This document shows positions 26,401 through 36,539 of a DNA stretch of 64,000 nt, piece by piece. The notes under the pieces were generated by a model. It did not search any database. It had not been told where the DNA came from and saw only the letters and a program-made list of their open reading frames with translations. The position numbers were made by a program, and so were the translations under genes. Within the stretch, counting starts at the first letter, position 1. Every line of letters starts with the position of its first letter. Origin of the DNA: Azolla caroliniana (taxonomy: Eukaryota; Plantae; Polypodiophyta); the NCBI GenBank assembly GCA_043228905.1, contig JBHGNT010000003.1:13640001-13704000 (forward strand), read 5' to 3'.

Positions 26401-26927
26401 GGAGTGAACTCGCCATTCCTCTGTCCATATCTTCTCTCTATTTGTTGTTACCGAGTTCTAGGGTTCGTCTACGGAAGCAAATGTCGGCTGCAGAGGTTCT
26501 CAACCCTCGCGCTTTGATACCATGTGAATGTTAATGTGCGGAAGCGTAAGACAGAACCGGCTCAACCGGATAGCAACAAAAAATGAGTTGAAGGTTTAAT
26601 GGAAAAGCTTCAAACACAGAGGAGACAGAGAGAGCTGAACATAAAACTATATTCCAAAAATTAACTCTAAAACTCTGTACATACAACGTGCTAAACAACA
26701 CTATTTATACAAGTCCATAAAGGACTGACAAGTACTTCAATGTTCACACGTGCGACTGGCACTAACTACGAGATAATGATTACCTAGTAGTTTAGGCTAC
26801 TACTAGGCTTCCGGTTCTCTGATCCAGCTCCCCGATCCGGCCAGTTGTTTCCGGATACCATCCGGATACCGATCCGGCTCAGGTTTATTCATCTGATCTG
26901 GATCCGGTTGAGCTTGCTCGCTCAACA
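20470..26927 (-). mobile_element. Full-length but inactivated Ty1/copia LTR retrotransposon
   Basis: LTRs 20470-20850 and 26523-26927 (TG...CA). 5-bp TSD TGCAC at 20465-20469 and 26928-26932. PBS 'gctttgatacca' and PPT 'ctccccctcaagctcaa'. Order gag-PR-INT-RT-RH, with several stops and frameshifts. Confidence 0.96.
23056..23746. mobile_element. Solo-LTR-like insertion inside the copia INT-RT linker
   Basis: Ends TGTCGTGAAGAT...ATCTTCACGACA form a 12-bp inverted repeat. Flanks are CCGT and CCGC (4-bp TSD with one transition). The host sequence resumes on either side. Confidence 0.85.
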
Positions 26928-27529
26928 TGCACATCCTCATCATTGCATTCTTTGGTTGCATTTTCATTTTCTTCCACAATATCAGACAATAAGGTATTGG
27001 CAATTCCCCACAAAATATCCCAATTACAATTATCCTTGTCAACCTCATCTACATGTATTACTTCAACATATGTCGCTTTTTTCTCATTAATTTCCTCAAT
27101 GCCCTTAAACCTCTTAGAGCTTCCAATGTTTTTCCTTTCACGATTACATTCAACCATCACATTACTCTTTTTTTGGATCAATTGTTTCCATATCAATGTA
27201 CCCCACAATTTGAGAGGAATTCATGTTTATATCCATTATTCTTGATGTGATAGTGATCCGGGATAAAAACAATTTTCCATGAACAAGAAAGACAAGCAGA
27301 CCTCACCCGATTGAAGAGGTCGAAGATGATGAATACAATCGAAGACCCGCAATGTGTGTTGAGTATGTGGATGCCAACAACACAAGATTCCTTATTTTAA
27401 TCTCTGCTTCTCACACAGACCACCAAATTTAACTTGCTATATTTCGTTACGAAGCTCTAATCGAGGGCTTTCCAACGCATGTCTTTATGCTTGATTCCGT
27501 TACCGATCTCTCCCTCTCTCTCCCTCTCA

Positions 27530-28156
27530 GTGTGGATGATCTTTTAGAGCTTTCAAGCAATGCTATGCAATATGTAATGATTGAGGAAAGGTTGGTGGGA
27601 TCATTAAGGATGAAGTGGGAGGATGCTAAGAGGACAAAGCTAGAATACTACATTGCAAATGTCAACCTTGAATGTTGGTCTCAATATAAAGCAAGAATGT
27701 CTATTGATTGTATCCAGCCTTATCTCATTACCAATATGAGTAGCAATGCTCGTAGAGCCCTTACATTACTTCGCACTCGATTTCACAAGTTAGGTATTGA
27801 AGTTGCATCATGGTATCAAAATGTAACGAATTTGAAGACATGTAAAGTATGCAATGAAGGCATGGTAGAGGATGAATTCATGTCACTTGCTCTTCACATG
27901 CTCGACATATAGTGCAATTCGTTCAAGATATGTTGACATACTAAGAGGAAGTGATAACTTAAGATCCATACTTAAGACACCACCTAGAAGGTTGAGCTCA
28001 TATGTGTATGCTTTATTAACACATAGAGACTTTGTGCTTCAACATATGAATACCCCTTCTTAGGAAGGAGACATATATCAAGAACACATGTATACTTTGG
28101 TCCCATAGGTCAAAATTGGCCTCTTTATGGATGATAAAAATTCTAATTCTAATTCT
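27530..28156 (+). mobile_element. 5'-truncated non-LTR retrotransposon (LINE ORF2 C-terminal zinc-finger region with tandem-repeat tail)
   Basis: Frameshifted 'RRALTLLRTRFHKLGIEVASWY...CKVCNEGMVEDEF/HLLFTCSTYSAIRSRY' matches the C-terminal CCHC-like motif of LINE ORF2s. It ends in (AATTCT)3 at 28139-28156. Confidence 0.7.
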
Positions 28157-28726
28157 CTCATAAATCAATGTTTGTTATTAAAACAAGATGATAATATAAC
28201 CCTTGCTATATTCACTACTTCATAAATAGTGATAATGCAAGGGAATTGTTATGTACACATAACGTAGGTGAGGGTAGGTCATTAATATTTACATAAGTGA
28301 ATGGTATGTTCACTAATGTTAGAAAGGAACTAATGTGATTGGATAAAAGGAATGATCGGTGCATGCACTATCATGATCATATATTGACATATTCGCATTT
28401 GTGGAGGTTACCAAACGAATGCATGAAAAAATATTCGTTAAATTTTTTTTTTAAAGAGTTTATAAAGTCCCTACTTTTTAGTTTCTTAGATATATCCATA
28501 GATTGACATATTCGCATTCGTGGGGGTTCCCATTCGAATGCAAACGAATACGAATACGAATGGGTGGTCAAGTATTCATTTGACTCAAAAAAGAAGAAGA
28601 AAGAGAGTACATAAACTTATCTATTTTAATTTCTTAGGATAAACAAAAGGCGTAGTTACTCTTCCTTCTTTCTCTTTCTTCTTCTTCTTCTTCTTCTTCC
28701 TCAAGTTTCCAATCAATACTGTGGAT

Positions 28727-28763
28727 AACACCGGGTCATTTGAAACAGGTAATATGTCGTATT
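28727..28763 (+). repeat. Left terminal inverted repeat
   Basis: Reverse complement of 36476-36512 with one mismatch. Confidence 0.95.
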
Positions 28764-29447
28764 CTCTTTTGGCATAGTTGGCCAGATGTAGAAAAGTACC
28801 CTATTTTAGCCTGATATCGAAAATATACGATGCATGCGTACCCCTTTTGCGACTTGATGGTTAAATATAGAACAAAAAAAACCTAGCAATTACTAAATTG
28901 TATATGTGTCCACATTCGTGTCAATTTGCATATCATGGAGCACAATTGAAGACTTGGTTCAATATAAAGTTCTAAAATTGGTATCCATATTCAAATTGTA
29001 GAGTAAAACTACATAAACCGTAATTATAAATATGTGGTTTTGGGTTTAGGAATAAAGTAGTACCCCACTTGTTGGACGGGTATATCGATAGTTTCATTGT
29101 ATAATGTCATATAGTTCATGACAATGTAATTGGTAAGAGTAACAATTACGTACGACATTCATTTATACTATGTGGAACCAGTAGACTTGAACCGTAGGTA
29201 ACTAAAAACCTCTTATTATAAAAAACATTCGCCTTTTCATATACAGTCATGCTAACGGAAATGAGAAATTACAATATCATGTTAATATCTCAAACTGAAG
29301 AAGAGCATGGTGACCAATTATATGTAAATACAAACTACGGTTCCAATAATGATTAAAAAGGGAAATTATGAACAGGTGAATTTAATTAAATGATAAACAA
29401 TTACAGATGTTCTCATATACAAATATAATATGAAGTGATGGTGAACA

Positions 29448-32400
29448 TTATGCCTCAAAATCCTCAATTTTTACATTACGCCATCTACATAAATCTATAA
29501 GCAAATCAGGCAGAACAGGCTCCTCTAGCGCTGATTGTTCTAGACTGTTTTCATTCGTGTCATCTCCAAGCTCTCCCGAATCTGATGTATGGTCAAACTG
29601 TGCTACATCTTCCAGGTCCACCAGCTCCCCTGCTTCTTCATCAATTGGTTCCATTGGTTCTCGTGAAGTCATCTGGAACATCTCTGTCTCATTGATGTGT
29701 TTTGCTCCGACTTCTTGATCCTGATCTGGACAGTCCCAGATTCCTGTGATCCTCATTTTGATGAAGTTAACTTGAGCAGGGTCCTTCTCCAATGCAACAC
29801 AGTTTCTAAACATCTTCAATGCACAAGCTGTCGTTGTACCTAATGGTCGCATGAACACAAACAAGTATATATAAGAAGTAACGTCATAAACTTGATCGAC
29901 AGGATTGAAATTAAATATATATATTTAACCTGTGCCAGAGAACAAGTCTAGGACCCAATCATCTGGATTCGAGAAGAGCTCTATGAGGCGGTTGATCAAT
30001 CTTTGAGGTTTTTGATAAGGGTTCACCATACTTTTATCCCCTGACACATGTCTTAATTTTTTGGTTACAGCTGGGCACATGATGTAGTTAACCACGTTAC
30101 GCTCATTGACATGTGCTCTAGCCTTCTTCTTTGTAATTGAATCATAGTAGCCCACACAAAAATGTTCCACCGCACTAACCATTCGATCGCCAGGGCTACG
30201 TGTAATATTTGTTTTGATCCTATAGAGAAAGAAAATCAAGTATTAGAGGTGTAAATGTGTACATATAATAAGAAGTACTGTAATGAGTAAAAGCGAACTA
30301 TAACGCACCAATGCATGTGTTTAGTGGCATGACAACGGGACTTCAAAGCTGTTGTGACTGACAGTGATTGCCCCATGCTATGAAATATGACTATCCTCCA
30401 CAAGGGGGCCAATGTCAGTTCTGCGAAATCCTTTACCATTTTCTCGATCTGAGGGTACTTGAAAGGCACATCATCATATGTTGATCCTGCAATACGGAAA
30501 CCATATGGTATGTCAGCTATTAGCAAAGTGTAGTGCCTTCTCGGTAACAGTTCGAGCATCTGGGATACTTCGCCATTGAAAACACTATAATGAAGCTGTT
30601 TGAAAGGATCTGACCTATGCAAAAAACTCTTTACAGTCTCCGAATCCTCGGGCAGTTCTATTTCCTTCCCTTTGGTCATTCTCTTCTCATATTTCGCATG
30701 TTCTAAGTGCGTGATGAAGGCCGCTGGAATACCGTCATTATTGTCGTTGTTCTTTTTCGATTTTGATGGTTTCTGCAAGTGTCATTGTTGTTAGCAGGGA
30801 ACATTAGTTTCTAACATATCAACATTCAAAAGACACATACCCATTCTCTAAATACAATAAAATATTCCTCCAATGCCTTGTAGGAAGAAGTTATCGGGCA
30901 GGCTTGTTCAACTTCTTCCCATGTCGGTAAACTCAGTTTTTGCATCATCAACTCCTGAATCTTCATGTATACCTTGTGACTGCACAATCAATATGAAATT
31001 AGAAATAAGATATTCAAAATAATTGAAGACTTTCATGAAAAGGTATACTATAAAGACTTACTTTTGCAAGTTTGTTACCATCTCGTCCAAACTAAATTCC
31101 TTGGCGACCACTCGAGATAGCACGGATATTAACAATCTATCATCTTTGATACCTTGTAATGATCTCCAAGGTAAAAGTTTCATGTCCTCTGCTAACTCCT
31201 CGATTACCAAGTCGCTTTTTCCCTTGGTCTTTGATTTCATCTCAACTTGTGGATCAATTCTTCCCTTTTTTGATCTTTGCCCCTTGACTTCTTTCCACTC
31301 CCACATAGAGAATATTTTGTCTTGGAGATCCCACACCTCTCCGGTCCGAAAAGCTAGTTGAAACCAAGAATCATATTTTCGGAGACCTTCGGATTTGGTA
31401 CTCTCATCCACTGCAATCCCTACTTCCAATAAACACTGGTGTCGCAATCCAGGCCACAATCTTGGACCAAAACGATTCAAGGCATCCAGGTATTCATGAT
31501 GAAAAAATCTTATCCTCTCTATACATGACATCTTTTGCCTATAATCGTTGTCATTGTTATGGTCCCATGCGAGCAGCTTCGCCTCCTCGTGAGTTAGTCC
31601 TGCATATACCTTACATTCGGCGTACTTGAAGAACGGCGTGAGAGGATATTCTTTGACAAGCTGTCGTTGAGCTTCGGCCGAATGTGATCCTCCGATTACA
31701 TAGTATGTATAATCGTCTACAGAGCTATACTTGAAATTTGCTACTGTTGGGCATTGTTCTTGATCAACCATTACCAAAAATGGCACCACAGTAGCGTGAG
31801 GATTGATTTTCATTTTGCTTTTCAGGTTTTGCACATGGACGGAGTGCGGCTCCCTAATTTCCAAGGGATGTCTTCCAGTCACGGGGTCAATGGGGGGCCT
31901 TTGGATAGAAGTAATGGGCAAATGAAATAGTTGGCCCCTGCGCACAAGTTTAGTCTTCACAATATTTTCTCTTATTTTATTTTGTTCTGACGTCAGGACA
32001 CCAGAAGATAGTTGTCCACCTGGAGCCACGACGTCGACTTGTTGGTCGTCTTCTTCTTCCACGAACTCTAATATTTCTTCTTCTTCTTCTTCGGGTCGTG
32101 GTCGTTTAGTATATTTCTTTTGAACAAGATTTGTCTTCCTAGACTTTTTCGGTGGAGTTTCTGCTTCACCGGTCATCATCTCTCCTATCACGTACGACCG
32201 AAGAGCTACCAACAAGTTATTTTTCGTTTGCAGGTCTTTACGCAAAGCCTTGGGATTGCAAGATTCGGGTACTAGGTTTCCCTCATCAAGTCGCAATCGC
32301 CTGTTACCAACTGAGCTCGAGACGTCGATTAAAATACTTGTAGAGTCAATGTCTTCGTACTCTAGCTTGGTTACATGCCCGTAATTAAATGTTTTTCCAA

Positions 32401-33216
32401 GCTGAAGTTTCCCTTCCCCGTCCGATTTTGCCGTTATCAATAACAACACCCCATCCTCCTCGACATAAGAGAGACACCATTCAAGTTCGGGGTAATCCTT
32501 ATATTTCACCTCAACCGTTTTCTCCTCTTGCGTACTACCTTTGTTGATTTTGGTAGTAGCCACAGATGACTTGGATCCTCCTTCCCCCGTTGAGTCAAAT
32601 AAAATCTTTTTACTCGTGTCCTTGATGAAGGAGCCAGATTCTCGTTTTGTCGGAGATCGAATCTTCAATCTAAATGAAGGAACTTTTTGTCTGGGTTCAC
32701 TGAAATTAAAAACGTTGGTGAAAACATAGAAACAACGTACAATTTTATCTAAATCACGCAAATTATCATTTAAATTACGTCAATTTTATGGTCCCATGCG
32801 ATAGTTTTTTATCGCAAAAACAACATTTTTTTCAACCGAAATCCGATGCACTGCATCGGATTTTGGTTGAAGGTCCCGCCTTTCAACGAAAATCCGATGC
32901 ACTGCATCGGATTTCGGTTGAAAGGTCCTGCCTTCAACCAAAATCCGATGCAGTGCATCGGATTTGCGTTGAAGGTCTTGCCTTTCAACCGAAATCCGAT
33001 GCAGTGCATCGGATTTGCGTTGAAAGGCAGGACCTTCAACCAAAATCCAATGCACTGCATTGGATTTTGGTTGAAGGTCCTGCCTTTCAGAATTGCTTTC
33101 CAAGTTCGTTGTACAAAATAAAATGAAATTTCTATGTGTTGAGGAAAGGAATCTTTAGGAATCTTAAAAAATGTAAAGAATATTACTAACCTGACGATTT
33201 TCTTTCCCTTGTTCAT
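29448..33216 (-). CDS. ParB/Srx-like domain fused to a beta-class N6-adenine/N4-cytosine DNA methyltransferase, 6 exons, predicted 982 aa
   Basis: Exons 33216-33191, 32699-31062, 30979-30841, 30772-30309, 30219-29930 and 29839-29448. All introns are GT-AG and phases add to 2949 nt with no internal stop. MTase motifs appear in beta order: catalytic LLIADIPY (~30514-30503), 'WIK' formed across a splice, NPYQKPQRLINRLIELFSNPDDWVLDLFSGTG|TT (SAM-binding FxGxG), then RNCVALEKD. ParB-like segment 'IREPHSVHVQNLKSKM...PFLVMVD...YYVIGGSHSAEA...KVYAGLTHEEAKLLAWDHN' at ~31500-31940. Exon 1 is the least certain. Confidence 0.85.
32831..33075. repeat. Array of five ~41-bp palindromes with a 51-bp period (intron 1 of the MTase gene)
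   Basis: Unit TTCAACNNAAATCCGATGCA-S-TGCATCGGATTTNNGTTGAA centred at 32851, 32902, 32953, 33004 and 33055, with ~10-bp GGTCYYGCCT-type spacers. Confidence 0.92.
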
Positions 33217-33512
33217 GGTTCGTGCCGGAGGTAGTGCTGTCGACGATGTGCTTCTGAGTGCTCGAAAATTGGCCTGTGCTCTGAGCTCGATGGATTCTTT
33301 CACGTGATAATGAAAATGAAATTTCTAACCTCCTTATATAGAAGACTTTAGCATTCCTTTTAAAATAAAAAATAATTTTTAATTATTTGTTTTTTAGGAA
33401 AATTTCGGAAAATAATATAGTTAATCTAAGTGTTTGGGTAGTTATATAGTTAGGCTTAGCATTCCTTAATTTTCTCAAAAGAAGGTTTTAGAATATAGTT
33501 AGACTCCCTCAA
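33217..33512. promoter_or_regulatory. Probable bidirectional promoter between the MTase and transposase genes
   Basis: ~300-bp AT-rich gap between divergent ATGs (33216 on -, 33513 on +), with TATA-like 'ttatatag' at ~33334 and ~33442. Confidence 0.5.
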
Positions 33513-36185
33513 ATGTCTTCTTCTACAAGTAGAACATCTCTTTTTTCTATTGCCCCCTTTTCATTGTCAGACAACTCGTATTTCTCAATAGAAGAGTACG
33601 ACCACAAAAAACATTCGCGGCTTAAACAGAAAAGTGTGGCTCCTAGTACTTCGAATTCTCTGTTTTCAATTGATCCAGTTGATGGCCCTCTTCATGCAAG
33701 CTTTCAAGGGGACGATTCTTCGTCGATAGATAACAATAGCATTACTAAACCTCTAGCATTTAAAAGAGTTCCTCGACAAGTTAGTGAAAAGAGATTTAAT
33801 TTCTTATGTTCTGATCGTCAACTTCTATGCGACTTGAACAAATCGTGTTGTGCGAATCTCTGTCTATCAACTTATGGAAAGTCAAGGTTACGTGAAACAC
33901 GACAAAAATACTTGTCGCTTAATGGGGAAGAGCAAGATACATTTCTTCTTTCGCATATGCAACTTAAATTGGATCACAAAGCAGGGCCTAATTCAACGCA
34001 AGTTGAATATTTCCTTGGACTAAATACCAAGTGTTGTCGAGCAGCTTTTAAAATCACTCATAGCATTGGAAATATGCGGCTGCAACGAGTTCAAGAGCGA
34101 CTTCTGAAGGGCTCCTGGGTACAGTTCGATCAAAATGGTTCTGGATGTAAGGGTCAAATTGGGCAACAGGCAATTAGGTGGATGGAGGTATATTTTTCAA
34201 AACAGTGCGAAGTTATGCCAACGACAGGAAGAGTTCATTTGTCAGATAACTTTACTCGAAGGGAAGTTTACCAATCGTACAAGGACGACATGTCTTCCGA
34301 TGTTGAGCCTTACATACAGTACAGGCATTTTAATCGACTATGGAGGTTACAATTTAATAACGTGGTTATCCCACGAAAGGTGCGAATGGGAGTCTGCTCA
34401 ATATGTGCGAGTTTAAAAAGTATGGCCAAGGGTGGAAAATCAGATGTAGAGATCAAGAATTACAAGAACCTGTTAAAAGAACATCGTGAAAGTCAGGCAT
34501 TGGAACGTACTAAGGCTATGCATCACCGACAAAAAGTGTTTCAATCTCCCGAAAAGTATATGTGCATGATTATTGACGGCATGGATCAAAAGAAAACTTG
34601 TTTGCCGCATTTTCAAAGACTCCCCAAGGATATTGGAGATGAGTGTCTTGTGCAAATGCATCTAGTGGGTTGTTTGACATATTGTCAAACTATAAGACCG
34701 CAAGTGTTCTTAACTTATCCCAATATCCACAACGACCCTAATCTTACTGTCACTGTCATGCACAGGGTATTGCAATCATGGTCAGGTATACTCCCGCCAG
34801 TTCTATATGTGCAACTAGACAACACAGCAAGAGAGAATAAGAACTCAACTGTCTTCGGCTATCTAAGCATGCTAGTAGAGAGGGGCATATTTAAAAAGAT
34901 AAAGGTTAACTTCTTGTTGGTTGGTCATACCCATGATCACATAGATCAAATGTTCAGTAGGTTCTCAAAGAAACTTGCTCGCTGTAATGCTTTCACACTT
35001 CCCACGCTATCCAAATTGATTAGTGAAGCATATACACCAAAGCCTGAAGTACAACACTTGGAAGAAGTATACGACTTTAAACGTTTCTGCATGGATAGTG
35101 ACGGGACTAAAGGTAGGTTGCTTGCACCTCTTAATAATATAAGTTTCAACCATGTCTTCCTCATAAAACAAAGATCGGCCCACCTGAAGATGACGGTGTT
35201 GTTTGCGAAACAATACTCATTAAGTGCACAATGGGAGCCCCAAGAAGGTTGTAGGCTCCTTCTTCATATCCCAGATGAACCTCTACATGGTGCACAACAA
35301 ATGCCATATGATGATCGTAAAAATGTAGCACCAAATAGTACTATTGATGAACAAAGGGCATATTGGTTGAGATGTCTAGCAGAGAAACAAAATAATATTG
35401 ATCGGACTAAGAAGTATGCCGGTGATGAGGATGTTGAATGGTGGGAGATTTTCTTCACCCATCAACGCACCATTTTAGATAATTTCATCGTCGGTTTATG
35501 GCCAATCCGTATCCCATTCACATGGAACATTGGGATGACATCAACGATATCGCAGACTCATCACCAACAATCAAATAATATGGAGCTTCATGATTTAGTT
35601 CGGCCACTGCAAAGAGATATTTATGTGGGACCATGAAAGTCACGTACTGTTGAGGCAAGATGGCAAGGTAATTTGCAAGAACTACAAGTGGGAATGTTGG
35701 TTGCAACATTAGCAGGGGACGATACCTTGGGCCATCCCTTTTGGATTGCAAAAATGATTGAATTAGTAAGGGATGAAGAAAGTAGTCAGACAAAGTCAAT
35801 AGTAGTCCACTGGTATCAGAAAAATTCACCTGATGCATTTACAGGAAAGTATTCTTTAGAGATGGTTAAGGATGTCGGATGTTCAAGCAGAAAGAGAAGA
35901 AGAAAGAATATACCGAGCACGACTACTCTCGCACTAGACCGTGTTGACATACTAGTATATGACTTCTCATTGACAAAATCAGGTCATCTAAGACAAGCAA
36001 CTATCAAGATAATAAAGGAGAAAATCCCAAACATGGTGTCAAACGAAATACAGAGAATAACCAGAAGCAATTCTCATAGCCACAAAGATGTTGGGTTGGA
36101 ATTGGATGAGGATAATGCTTTGATTGCCACTGATGATGAGGATGAGACGTCAGAATGCTCTTCTAGTCCATCAGACATGTCTTAA
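33513..36185 (+). pseudogene. Sola-like DDE/D transposase (~890 codons) with one in-frame nonsense codon and a C-terminal BAH/Tudor-like domain
   Basis: Cys clusters, CSIC..H..H, IIDGMDQ, YVQLDNTARENKN and FLLVGHTHDHIDQMFS give an RNase H-fold transposase signature. ORFs 33513-35636 and 35673-36185 are in the same frame, separated only by TGA at 35634-35636 (GP*KSRTVEARWQGNLQELQVG). No introns. The 4-bp TSD fits Sola. Confidence 0.82.
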
Positions 36186-36475
36186 TATACTGGTTTGGTT
36201 CAAGCTGGGGATTGTTTTACTACATGATCGGAAACTTTGTAAATTTGTTTTGGATGTAAACTCACGAATATGTATAATTGTAACTGGTAGACATGTTGTA
36301 CATTATTTTGTAATTTTGGTGATGTATTTTTGGAGGCATTTTACTTATGCCTCAAAGTGGTAGTCATGTTGAAATTCAATATATTTTGCCACCTTTTCTG
36401 AAAAGCTTTACGCATGCGTCGTGTCTTTTTGAAAACTGTGTGCTTTTGTGCCCTTTTTCGACGTAGTGTTCTCAT

Positions 36476-36512
36476 AATGCGACATATTACCTGTTTCAAA
36501 TGACCCGGTGTT
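36476..36512 (-). repeat. Right terminal inverted repeat
   Basis: Reverse complement of 28727-28763 with one mismatch. Confidence 0.95.
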
Positions 36513-36539
36513 GGATTCCTTTTTCTTTTACATGATGTC

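Larger units (their letters stand above)
28727..36512. mobile_element. Sola-like TIR DNA transposon, 7786 bp, carrying a transposase and a ParB-like/DNA methyltransferase gene
   Basis: TIR AACACCGGGTCATTTGAAACAGGTAATATGTCG(T/C)ATT at 28727-28763 and 36476-36512 (36/37 identical). 4-bp TSD GGAT at 28723-28726 and 36513-36516. Two divergent genes inside. Confidence 0.93.

Noticed and set aside
29448-30778. MTase as a host C5 methyltransferase (MET1/CMT/DRM) or MT-A70 protein
   Set aside because: There is no PCQ or ENV motif and no DPPW/MT-A70 signature. The motif order (DIPY before FxGxG, with QKP) is beta-class amino-MTase.
29448-33216. Bacterial contamination or prophage as the source of the MTase
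   Set aside because: The gene has five spliceosomal introns and lies within TIR/TSD boundaries embedded in plant TE sequence.
32786-33303. Overlapping repetitive ORFs (KSDALHRI / NPMHCIGF repeats) and a CRISPR-like look
   Set aside because: These are translations of the palindrome array inside an intron. The spacers are ~10 bp and near-identical, there are no cas genes, and the context is eukaryotic, so it is not a CRISPR array.
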